From Phoronis australis (Eukaryota > Animalia > Phoronida): DNA of 44,638 nt. Made by a program: the position numbers and the translations under genes. The notes beneath the pieces were generated by a model, which did no database searches, was not told the DNA's origin, and saw only the letters and a program-made list of their open reading frames with translations. Positions 33,347 to 44,638 of this stretch are shown here, piece after piece. Location of the stretch: the NCBI GenBank assembly GCA_002633005.1, contig NMRA01001053.1, positions 18,069-62,706 on the forward strand. Reading direction: 5' to 3'. Each line of letters opens with the position of its first letter. Positions within the stretch are counted from its first letter, which is position 1.

Positions 33347-33811
33347 AGAGGCATGGAACGCGAAAGTAACATCTCGCAACGGCCTGCACAGAATAATTCA
33401 ATTTCCTTTGTGTGTTAACTTTAAGAAAAATCACAAAATTTACGATTTTTGAAATAGGCACGAATGAAAAACTCTGTGGTTACCACATAGTTTCTAATCT
33501 CCGTCCCATTCATGATGAATGCGTGCATGCGCTCAAAGCCAGTTGCTTGAAATCCTTCGAGGTCAAAGGTCATATTTTCCACATAATGGAAATGTATTAC
33601 ATCTATGTCTCGCCATACCAATTAAGGAGACGTCCTTTTTAATCGTTTTTTGAAATTTGAAACTAAAAGAAAATGCCTTGACATCAACAGAAATTAAAAT
33701 CTTTACGAGCAAACACTAACAATTCCTGGTGAGCAGATTGAACTCAATTTCCGTGGCAGCGAAGCATTTTCAATATTAGAAACTTAGCTGTTTATTGCAT
33801 TCCAGGCCCCT
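33347..33811. mobile_element. TTAA-flanked MITE (Kolobok-like termini)
   Basis: TTAA at 33343-33346 and 33812-33815; imperfect TIR AGAGGCATGGAACGC vs AGGGGCCTGGAATGC (12/15). Confidence 0.55.
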
Positions 33812-36714
33812 TTAATGCAAACGACTTTTGTAATACCAATTAAATTTAATGTAACAACCTGTTCATACTTCAAAAGAACGTTCATGTACAATAGAGTCTT
33901 GCACATGCCTTTATCTGATAACAATTTTTACCATACGTTGAAAGCAACAGTTTCGGTGCATTTATTTTCGTAAGGATTTTTGGAAAGAAAGAAAACTAAA
34001 ATGTTACGGCACTTAGTAATAAAAGCCTAGAATCCGTATTTGATAATCGCTTTCGTCAGAAAATCACTCAACAGATGTTTGTATTGACATGTAATTACAG
34101 ATAACTTTTATTCGCCTTGAATATGTTCATTTAGCTGCATGAAATTTACCATACACAGACACTTTACTGAAGAACGCTTATCGTGGGCATATTGTCTCCG
34201 AGTATTCGTGCATACATTTTGAGAACCAATTTAATGCCGTTATTCAGAGGATAAAATTGGTTCTAAAACCCTATATATCTGACTATTTTTTTAAAGTGTT
34301 TATTACGAAATCTTCGATACAATGAACAGAAAGCGCCAAGAGGCATTATACCTGGGTTGAAAAAGTACAAAGAAATCTATGTACAATTATTTTACACAAA
34401 TACATAAATTAGATAAAAATAACACGATGAGGGACGATCGTAGTGTTTAAATTTTCACTCGCCTTGACTGGCTGGAAATAATATCTTGATTGACATGCCA
34501 AACTATGCGTTATATTAGTATTTGATGCAAGGGCAGAAAACAATGAAAAACATTTAAACTTGGCACAATACCACTTACCGTTTGGCATTATAATTGTGTT
34601 TTATTTTACACACAATACTTTGGTATCATGCCAGCGCTGCTTTTGGCAAAGTTCTTCAGCATTTCTCCTATATCCGCCATTTTGAATTTCGACCAATTTT
34701 GATCGTTTGATGATGTCTTATAGGGTTCTGTAATGTATCGTGTCTAATGTATTGCGAGACGTAGAATACGTTTCTGGTATTATTTATGAATTCTGGGTGA
34801 AATCTAAGGTACACTGAGAGGTCAAATGTTAAGTTGAACTGAAATAAGAAAAACCCACCTCTTTTGGAGGACGAAATGTTAGGACGTGCTAAAGTTGCAT
34901 TTTTGTGTTTTTCTGAATTAGATATCCTCCCAAAATCTCAATAAACGAAATCACAATACTATGTTTATGACGTATGAAGCCTACTCAGTACTACTGTCAT
35001 CAGTTTGCATATGCTACATGTAGGCATATGCCCACATTCCTGTTCTGTTTTATTGGCCAATTATGCAATTAAATTAATTATGAATGAAATAGCAAATACA
35101 GGACCCCGACTTTTAAAACCAAAATCTCCATAAATGAAGTCGCAATACCGAGCGTCCCTCATCAATATCAACGTATATATATACCTATGCATTCATGTGT
35201 TGTTATGCCGGAGAGTTGTTGCAATGAACTTCAAAATGTTTCGTTACTGGATATCTGGAGTAGTGACCTTTTCTAACAAGATGTACACATACTGAAAATC
35301 CTTGAGGCCCGTATGATTAAATTTTAAACTCCATCAACAAATTCCCAAGACACGGATATCCATAGAATTTTATGTTTAAACACGTAACGCCTCCCCCCTC
35401 TCTGTTTGCATCGGCTTTTAATTGTGTCCATCGTATAGTGTTAACTCCTGCTTTGCGTAGTTTGATCTATAGTTGTGATGGCGGGAGTTCGAATCATATT
35501 TGCTCCTTAGATGGTCTATGATGACTGAAGTACCGACACTTAATCATTGGAATACATATCAGGTATCCCTAAAAAGTGAGCCACTTTTTGACAAGTAATT
35601 TTTTCAAATTTCTTGCAGATGAACCTTAGGATATCATCAACAACTGTGCTAAATATGAAAGAGACCTGTGTCCAATGTGAGAGAACTGTGAAATTAAAAT
35701 CAATCCAAAAATCAAATATCTAAGGGAAGCTAGCTTATTGCAGTCTATGCTGAATGTGGCCTACGTCTTCTTCCGCGACTATACGGAGACGTTCCTTCCA
35801 ACCAGAAATGCTTTTTCGTATTTTTCCATCGAGATTTCCAGTGGTGGATCTACGTTTTCAATGAGGGGTTCAGGTTTCGCGTGCAGCGTGCCAAGCGGGG
35901 GAGGTCGAGAGGGGGGCTTTCTCTCGTCCTCTGTAAGATACTTTTCTGTTTTTGTGGCCAAATAGTGCGATTCCCATGCATTCCTGTGAGTTTGTGGCAG
36001 TTAACGTTTCTCTGGAGTTTGTCTTATAAGATTTAATACCCTTCTCGATTTCTGTTCATGAACTCGGCTAATAAATTCCTTGAAACCATATTTGTGCACA
36101 TCTGGGTATGAGTCACGCCACCAGCAAAATTTAGGTGGAACATCTGTCTACACACACCGATTATTTGCAGACGAAAAGTCGTGTTCGAAAACGCATAGTG
36201 TGTGTACAGAGGTTTAGACACCCGGAAAATGTTCAAGAGCATAAGGATCACCGACGGCCATGCAAAAACCAACAATTGAATATCAGATGATCGCGTGACA
36301 GCAGTTACTAGTTGTTTAGAAAGAAGACTGGCAACGACTGTTATGCCCGGAAACTAATAAACAGATATTCTGCCTCGTTACGAGAAAAATGACCAACGAT
36401 CGTGATCTCAGGTCATGGTCTATTATCAAAAGCGACAATAAACACTTAAAGGCGAAGGCAACCTTTTTCCATGTCATTTTGAGCTAAAATAAGGTTGGTT
36501 GGTTATCCTAGACATATTTTTCACTTAATTACAGCTTTTCGTAATTTTATTAATTATTCGTCCGCTTTTCCGGAAGTGACGTTTTAGGAGGCAAGCGCTT
36601 CCCGCCAATTTCTTTTCACATAGTCTGACTGTGAGAGCTGCCGAGTCAGTCATTGTTCTACCTCGGTTGTGTTAAGTTCCGTCGTCGTTCGCTTTCATTT
36701 ACTAGTCAGTCAAC

Positions 36715-37810
36715 ATGCCACACTGTTGCTGCGTACCGGGATGTAGTAATTATCGGCTCACGCGCGCTTTGGGAGTGCCTTTGCATCGCTTTCCGATGGA
36801 TGACACACTTCGCCGTACTTGGCTCGTTCGTGTGAAGAACGCAGCGTTACCCGTCCACGCAACGTACAAAGCAGTGGAGAATTACCGTGTGTGTGGCAAG
36901 CACTTTCTGCCGTCCGATTACGAAAGGGATTTGTACGCTGAACTGATGAAGGTCCCCGCGAAACAACGCTTGAAGAAGGATGCCATTCCGTCTGTGTTGA
37001 TTCCCGGCAGTGCCCCGTCGCCACCCCCGAGAAGTGCGTTTTTGAAGCGAGAAGCCTCGCGAGCTGTGGCCAGTACAGTGACTGGAGCCAGTGGAGGCAC
37101 TTCATCTACTGTCACCCGTGCCTCCGAACGTACCCCAGAGCGTGCAATTCCTGGAACCAGTAGTGATTCGCCCTGTGCTGTTTTCTCCAGCCCAGAGCCT
37201 CTAAGCAGCCCTGCAGCGATATTGAGTAGTGGGAGTGATTACAGGCCCAGTTCGACACCCAGTGAAGAGGACAGTTCGTCGTCCAGTGAACAGATCGGTG
37301 AGCCAAACTTTGATAAGTTTATTGTGGACTTGTCTAAAGTGTTGGAGCTATTTAGAAGGTGCCAGGTGTGTGGCGAGGGAGTCACACGACACAATGTAAG
37401 CAGTTTGGGTGCTCAGGTCACCATCCAGTGGGAGTGTGTCACGGGACACTCTGGCAAGTGGGACAGTTGTTCCTCTGTCCGTGGTATGCCGGAGGTCCAC
37501 TTAACCATGTCCAGTGGTGTGCTCTTCACTGGAAACACGTTTCAGTCGGTGAAGACAATGATGGACTTTGGAAAAGTCAAGTTTTTTTTCGAAAACAACA
37601 TTCAACAACATTCAGAATTCCTATTTAATACCAGTTGTCAATGACGCATACATGTCACAACATCTCGAGTTGGTGGCGGAATTCATGGAGAAGGAGAACT
37701 TGTCTGACTCACCAGGGCGGTCCGCCAAGTATACCACATACACTCTAATGGAGGAAGAGACCAAAAAGATAATTGATGTGGAACTCGGAACAGCACAAGC
37801 ATTCAATTGA
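36715..37810 (+). pseudogene. Kolobok transposase with N-terminal THAP domain, frameshifted and truncated
   Basis: THAP C2CH motif (CCVPGCSN..LHRFP..W..RVCGKHF..LKKDAIPS), Ser-rich linker, KFIV..LELF..CQVC..C..GH..W zinc-ribbon segment. An extra T in the T8 run at 37582-37589 shifts the frame, which continues as SKTTF..IQ..YLIP..DSPGRSAKY..YTLM..TKKIID, a recalled Kolobok core motif. Confidence 0.85.
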
Positions 37811-38056
37811 GGTAGGCATAACAACGCACACAGTGCATTTGCACCAAGATGTGTCACCACGTCTGTCTTCAGTAGCCGCCTCGTTTCTCTCAACAGCTGC
37901 CTGTGCCTGTGTGTACTCTGCCTCGTTGTACTCGGGCTCAAACATGTACCCACCCACTGAATGTCCGTGAAAAAATTCCTCGTCACCACTGCTGTGAACA
38001 AGGTCTCCGTCACTCACACTACTGTCACTGTGATACGGGTCACCGACTCCAGCCAT
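37745..38056 (-). pseudogene. KolX accessory protein (P2X7 intracellular/nanor-like Cys-rich domain), truncated
   Basis: MAG... acidic N-terminus, GYMFEPEY, then WCKCTVCVVMPTSIECLCCSE (W-C-x-C-x2-C-x2-M-x4-E-C-x-C-C-x-E); homology appears to stop at about 37781. Confidence 0.8.
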
Positions 38057-38416
38057 TTTCAGCTTACAACACACTAAACAATCCCTAAATCCAACGCAGT
38101 TGAGTTCTCTACTAACCTATCTTGCCACAGAATACTCGCCGATGGAAAGTGGTGGCGACAATTGGTGAAAAATAGCACAAAACAAGAGTAGAATAGAACA
38201 GATTCGCACAGTAAGCTCAACGCAAAACTAAGTGGCGGGAAGCGCTTGCCTCCTAAAACGTCACTTCCGGAAAAGCGGACGAGTAATTAATAAAATTACA
38301 AAAAGCTGTAATTAAGTGAAAAATATGTCTAGGATAACTAACCAACCTTATTTTAGCTCAAAATGACATGGAAAAAGGTTGCCTTCGCCTTTAAGCTGAA
38401 TCACGTTGACTGTTTG

Positions 38417-40771
38417 TAGTCGGTGGGCCAGATCTCGTAGCGTTCATCCTTGTGAGTACTTTGGGGGGGAACCTAGTTTTTTCTATGTGGCTAGTTAATA
38501 TACCTATAAATCAAATTCCAAAAAGTTTCCACGTCTATACACTTGCACATTTTTTTTTAAATGGTGTTTTTATTGCACGAAATATTATGCACATTCCTGC
38601 CACTTGGTGGCGCTTTTTTATTGAATTGACCAATCATAGAGCCAGATTGTATTGTTGTGCTTAGTTACTTCAATATGGCAGCTCCCATAGAGTGTGATGC
38701 CTGTATAATTCAATGTTTATCAAACAGCACAAAATTGTGATGTAAGAACCTGAAGAAGCTTAGAGAAGCATCCTGACGAAAGCTGAAGGACTTTGGAACT
38801 CTGTAGATCAGTAGATCGAAAAGAAGAAGAGGTGTCACAAACGTTTGTGCAGAAAACAGCTGCATGTCCTGCACGTAGCCTATGCAGTATACTGCTGTAG
38901 AAGACCAAGTGTCAGACCAAAATTGAAAGGACATAAAAAAGTATAGCAACGTTTCAAGACACCAGCAGTAGTTCTAAAGCTGAAGCTGTTGAAAGTGATA
39001 GAGATGTTACCCAAAATATTCCAAGAAAATCAATTAGACTTCCAAAATCTGAAACACCCAATTAACCTGAACAAAATAGGAACATTCTGATGAAACAAGA
39101 GTGCATCATTTGTTAGCAGGAGACGTACATTATGGACCACATTTCAAGAACGAGAAAGAAGTAACAACTTTATAGCTTTGAAAAACAGGTACATGTTTTT
39201 GAAAGGTACATCTTGGTGTTTTCCAAGTGTGTTTTAGTATTATCACCGGTTGTTTTTTAACTTGTTCGGACCCTTGGCTGCCTAGGCCTTATCGACAATA
39301 CCGCTGACCCAGTAGAGACGGTGATCATACCATAGGTACTCCATGTGCGGATGCTTTTTGGCAAATTATGCATCACACTGGTTAAACCATAAGTTAGGTT
39401 CCTATAAGTTTAAAAGTACCGCGTAGAGAGATGCCTCTCAGTGAGGAGGCCGTTAATATTTTCATTTGTTCCCAGTTTGAAGAAATACTTCTGCAATCCT
39501 GTTTTTCGAACACTCCCTCGTTCAGTTGCCAAATCAACACTGCTTACGCCAGGGGATAATCATATGGCGTTAAACTGCCTGAGTGGCCAGCTTCCCCGCC
39601 GTAATTTGAGGACGTGGAAGCCACTGTCAAACGTTGCCTTAAGTGTAAATCGCTTGACTATGGTATGAGCATCTGATTTTAAAAAAATGAATTTTAATCA
39701 CTGCAGCCCATTATAACATATTTTGAATCAAACGATTTCCCAAATCCTGCCAGCCTCCAAACAAGGACTTAGTGTTTGACCCTTCATTGCATGTGGGCCA
39801 TCCTCAGTGTGCAGTGCTAAACCCTCTCTAATCGACCATAGTTGGCTCCTTGGAGGTGGAGCTTTGCAGTCGAAATTTGTTTAATGCCCGCAGCTCCATT
39901 GACAGTACTAAATGATGAACGCTGCAAGTGCTGGGAAACTGAGTTTGTGTTGCAATGCTGGGTCAAGCTGTACAGAAATGTGCAGCTCTGACAACTGAAG
40001 TAACTTCAGCAACACTGACTGCACAACATTAGATAGTTTTTTGACAAGTCAACTCTAAATGGACCTCCAACCCCGTTATTTCGTTTTTTGTATTAAAAAG
40101 GGAATTTTATTTGTTGATTAAGTCATAGAAAGTACATACTTTGATTATTGTCATGTACTGCCTGCTAAACGCTGTCAGAATAATCTATTATGTTCATATA
40201 CTCTGTGTGCACAAGAAGTTCACAGAGATCATTCAACTATATTGTTTTTGTACTATAACGTATTTCTGGTGTATTATGCAAACAAGCTATATTTTACACC
40301 ATTAGTTAATGGTTCAGTCATTGAGGCACAAATTTTGCCCAGTCTCAAGTGTTTTGTGTTAGTTTTGTTGTCAGACAATGCCAGAATAACCTTCTAGTAA
40401 CATTCAGACCTAGTTTGCATTTCTGCCACTAGGTATCACTTTACGTTTTTTAAATTTCACTGTTTACAATTAGTCTACAATAGTAAAACATGTAATGTGA
40501 GTGTGTTATTGTTCAATACAATGACATCGATGGGACCATATTGCTTGTTTTACAAAAAAGATAGCAAAAACTGTTGTTTTTGCAAATATAAGTTCTTATT
40601 ATGCAACTTCAAACTCGAATTTTTCAAAAATGTGCAACTTTATATGTGGGAACTTTTTAGATTTTGAAAACACTCTAGTAAATGATTTAAAAACACCAAA
40701 ATAAAATTGCCCCCTTAAAGTACTCACAAAAACATTTTCTGGAAGCCCTACAAATTTTTGCCCACCGCCTA
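38417..40771. mobile_element. Unclassified degenerate TIR element (about 2.35 kb)
   Basis: Ends TAGTCGGTGGGC vs TAGGCGGTGGGC, plus a shared subterminal TTGTGAGTACTTT..GGGG block at both ends. Confidence 0.5.
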
Positions 40772-42617
40772 GTTGGGCTACCGTATGTCTCAACGTCGAT
40801 ATTTCCGGAAGCAAATCACCTGAAAACACTTTCACGGAACCAAAACATACTGTACACCGTGGTGAAAAAATATACAAGACCAGTTCGCCAAGGGACCAGA
40901 TGTATACTGAGAGTCAATATCTACACAAATAAGCTGGCCTGGTCCGTCGCAAGGCAAAAGTACACTCTCTAAATATCTCTACAAAAATAGTCGATTTGTC
41001 ACGGGACCAAAAGTACTGACTGAGGAAAATAATTTTATAAAGCACACTGTGGTAAACCTATCTATAAAGTATGTTATATAGCTCTGCAAAATAGTAATCC
41101 GTCGCGGGACAAAAATATAAAAATAGACTGAGAGAACTTTTCAGAACGCACAACACCCGTCCACAAGACTCAAGTGACCACCCGTCCACACGACTCCAGT
41201 GACCACGCCAAACACTTTGGCAATACCTATGATAATGAGTAGTTCCTATAGGCACTACAATACAAACTGCTCCCCATACACTTTTTGATCCCCAGTGGTT
41301 GCTCATGCATGTATTTTATGCATATTGCCGTTACTCATTGACAAAACTTGGCGCATATACAGGCTACCGAGGATTTCCGCAAACAAGCCCATGGGCGTTT
41401 ATTCGGAAAGTGATACTTTCAGGCGTTTCAGTAAGTAACTCCAAATAAACCCCTGGGCATTTATTCGGAAAGGAGAGCTGATATTAAAATATCAGCGTTT
41501 TTTCGCATAAAACTTTTTTGTTTTCGGACTACAAAAACAAGTTAACCAAGACTATTCTTTGTTAACAAATGATATATGCTCCGCAAAACTGAATTTGTGA
41601 CAACAGGTTGACATTGAATGGATATACTTTTCCGAATAAACGTTCCAATGTCTGAACACTTGAAACCCGAGGCAGTGATGCTTATTGCGGTCAGAGCTGA
41701 GGTCGGAACCGGGGTTCCTTTTGCCGGCCTAAAACGGACGTTTAGGAGGCTTATTGAACAAAGCGCGAGTCCAGCAAGACTTTCAGAGAAACTCCAGCCT
41801 ACCCACAATTTCTGGTACAGTTTGCGAATACGGTCACCTTATAAATGTGGGTGACCCCCTTCATTTCTGTTATAGACCTAGCTTGCTAGGCTTCATCATG
41901 AAACGAACCCTAATCTAAACCCGCTACCATGGCCCATACAAGGACCAAACAATTCTTCGTAAAACGAGTTGATCGTTTCTTAAAATAAACATATTACGTG
42001 TACACTGCAAGTTTATTGCGAAACACAACTTTATTATACACCAGCCAAATTCAAGTGCCAAACGTGTGGAGTGTAATAGCATGACGCGGCGGGACAGATG
42101 AGGTAAATACGTTGCAGGTCGATTCACCTGAATGTCAGGGTTGCGGTACCTTAGTATTTTCCCTAACAAACATATCTCAGAGTAACTAAGACTCTAGTAC
42201 CCGATTGGGCTGTGGAATGTTTCAGGCCCGTAGCCAGCATTGCGCGAGGGGGGGTTCGAATTTCTAGCACGGTGGACCCTTGATATTTTGCAAACATCGA
42301 CATTGTGGAGTTTTCGGTAAGGCCCTTAATACAGCTTAACTAGGGGGGGTAAGGGAAATCTATATACACAACACCGACTCTCAGCTGTATGTTCCCAAGA
42401 TCAGATGCCCTGACGGTTGCTCACAAAGAACGGGACCCAAATTCGGATGTAATGTGGTCCAGAAAAAGAACGTTCCCGCATTAAACCCTGGCAAACTTTG
42501 AAACCGGGGGTGCTTAAATGAGTGATTACACATCATAACATAATCGTACAGAAATTTTTAATAGGAGAATGATCGACTTGAATATTTTGATCTGGTTGTA
42601 TTTTGCGTGTTACTTAA

Positions 42618-43600
42618 AGGAGAATTCCATCCAAAAAACAACCTATTTTGTATAAATTTAGATCGAGAAGTTCTACTCGATAACGGCACGTTCGGTTACG
42701 TTACCTGACACCTTACGGCAGACGGAGGTGTTGAAATTATCCAATGACGTAATTGGTTTCACACGCAGTGTCTTCAGCAGTTTAAAACACAGGTTTAGTG
42801 GTGTCAGCTTATCGCTTAACATCAATAAATCATCAAACATCGAAGTAAAACCCTTAAAAATACACCGAGTTCTTATAAAAACGTGTTGTTTTATTTCGTT
42901 GTTACGGATTTACTCCGGGTATTTGGACACACCGTAGCCTACAAAGTTCGGCAGGCCAATTTACCAAGGTCCTTAGCAGGAGTTTGGGGTCCTTTTGGAC
43001 ACAAATTCGAAGTATTCTTCCGTGAAATACAGACATGAGAACCTAAATCTGTGTTGTTTATCCTAGTGATTTTTTAAGTTCGGAACCCGATCAGGCCCGT
43101 CGCGGCCGGACTGACTCGTTATCCCGGCCAGTGGCTCGGAACCAAATCAGGCCCGTCGCGGCCGTCGGGACTGGCACGAACATAAACCAGCTTGTGTTGG
43201 AAACTAAACCTCGAGTCACGAAAAGACTAAAATAGTGAGCCAAAGAATAATGTGCACGTAATTATTTATGTGAATTAGCCACGAAGTCGGGGACCGTGAA
43301 GTCGGGTTGCCCGTCCACAGGCCGTGAGGGCAAAGGTTGTACAGTAACAACGATTTGAATAATGTATTTGTATTTCTAAATAAAGATTCCCCTAACATGT
43401 GACCATAGTATATAAAATCGAGTAATTGCTTCACAACAGCTTTCTGTCAGTAAACACTGAATTAGCATGCGCTCACATGGCCTTGGTGCGCGGTCAAATG
43501 TACCTTTGTTGCTGCCATCAAAAGCCGATAACGCAGTGGGTTATTCATTGCTGGCTTCTCAAAACATTTGCACTCACAAGCACTCGAAGGCATTACAAAT
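42618..43600 (-). mobile_element. Family A Kolobok copy (3' half)
   Basis: TTAA at 42614-42617 then AGGAGAATTCCATCC; collinear with the reverse complement of about 1140-2124, with a local tandem duplication near 43080-43170. Confidence 0.8.
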
Positions 43601-43874
43601 GGGGCTATTCGGAAAATCTACAATAACTAGAGGGCGTGCGTGTACTAGTGGTGATAGATTAACAGCCTCGATTTCGCGAGCCCTTTAAATACATGGTGAA
43701 ATGGCTTGCAGCCGTGCCAACTAAATCTGAAATTGCGTAAAAAGGGTGCTTCTATGAGAGGATGTACTCGAGTTGAGTATGAAGTGTGAGTTTGAGCATG
43801 ATTCGAGTCTGAGTACGGAGATTGGAGACCGGGCCCAGGGCTTTGAAAGAACTGATAGTTAAATACTTGAGACC

Positions 43875-43996
43875 GGCACTGGTCGGATATAGTGGTCTCG
43901 GATTTAGGGAACCACTTTCGTCCACTAAGTAACAGGCCCATTATTCAGTGATTGCCTTATTCACTTAATCAGGGACCGCGATATCCGACCAGTGCC
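43875..43996. mobile_element. MITE with GGCACTGGTCGGATAT TIR and exact 9-bp TSD
   Basis: TSD CTTGAGACC at 43866-43874 and 43997-44005; perfect 16-bp TIR. Confidence 0.85.
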
Positions 43997-44638
43997 CTTG
44001 AGACCTATCTCTTCAAGTTGTGTAGTCACGGTGCGCCGAGCATTATTTCAACGAATAACCAGCTAATAATTCTATACAAACCCAGAAATCACTTCTCGGC
44101 TAAGTAAGGAACAAGTTGAGGCCAAGTTCATTGTAGCAAGTGATCCGAATCAAAACTTCACTTCTTGGATGGAATGTGGAACTGCAGCCTCTTTAAAGTG
44201 GAACTTGCACGCTAAATCTTTATCTCTGCGATTGCTCAGTCAAACCAGTTAGAAACGCAACATATACTGAAGATGTGAATATGAAGTAGGTTGAAAATTT
44301 GCCAAAAGTTTTTAAGAAAAAGTTTTGTATCGAGAGTGATCAACTGTAAATCACTGAACCATATCTACTATCCAGTATCATGACATTGTGTTAGGGAATA
44401 ACACTGCATAATACAGGCTATGTGAGCTGCAACATACGTCATTATAGTGCAAAGGTCACCTATTTACAGAATTTTTTGTTTTCACATTTACAAGTTGTCA
44501 AAGAATATTGCACTTTGTTTAGTGTAGATGATGTTCAAATAGCATTGTTGTTTAGTTCCTGCTATACATTAGCATAGTTAGGAGCATGCAAATGCATCTT
44601 TAAGCTCTTATTTTGCTACTTTCAGGCACGGATTAAGA

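Larger units (their letters stand above)
36450..38390 (+). mobile_element. Kolobok-superfamily DNA transposon (family C), internally deleted
   Basis: TTAA on both sides (36446-36449, 38391-38394), AG...CT termini, 158-bp TIRs (36450-36607 and 38233-38390; I count 3 mismatches), and two convergent ORFs (THAP transposase and Cys-rich KolX). Confidence 0.9.

Noticed and set aside
34606-34680. SORD first exon (AAAATGGCGG start with a downstream GTAAGT donor)
   Set aside because: The frame closes after 24 codons and the peptide has no SORD similarity.
36715-37644. Domesticated host THAP gene, P element or piggyBac
   Set aside because: The ORF lies between TIRs with TTAA TSDs and AG..CT ends (piggyBac ends are typically CC..GG, P elements make 8-bp TSDs) and has the DSPG.SAKY motif plus a convergent KolX.
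37745-38074. P2X7 purinoceptor gene
   Set aside because: Only the Cys-rich intracellular-like motif is present, with no transmembrane or ectodomain sequence, and it sits inside a transposon.
44610-44638. Plus-strand exon starting after TTTCAG at the window edge
   Set aside because: Only 13 nt of putative exon are visible, too little to support a call.

Overview
AT-rich animal (probably marine invertebrate) genomic DNA from a draft assembly, with N joins at 8616, 19859, 27264 and 30507-30525. I reconstructed three spliced host genes by hand. EI24 is on the minus strand (9 coding exons, about 328 aa). RPS25 is on the plus strand (4 coding exons, about 118 aa) and lies head-to-head with EI24 across a roughly 260-bp promoter with a TCT/5'TOP start. 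The last three exons of a sorbitol dehydrogenase (SORD) are on the minus strand. Introns and intergenic DNA are crowded with DNA transposons. The main feature is a set of TTAA-targeting Kolobok-type elements from at least three families. The best preserved (36450-38390) has 158-bp TIRs, a THAP-domain transposase and a convergent Cys-rich KolX ORF resembling the P2X7 intracellular 'ballast'/nanor-like domain; an internal deletion cut both ORFs, and each TIR carries an ETS-CRE plus E2F motif facing its ORF. A second Kolobok is nested at a TTAA inside the THAP domain of a third. Other elements include MITEs with 5-bp TSDs (hAT5-like), MITEs with 8-9-bp TSDs (Merlin/MULE-like), a 701-bp foldback element in RPS25 intron 1, and Helentron/DINE-like repeats carrying arrays of CTCF-type motifs. 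Two tandem duplications around single Ns and a 228-nt poly-C run are most likely assembly artefacts. All family assignments come from recalled motifs and terminal structure; no database searches were run.
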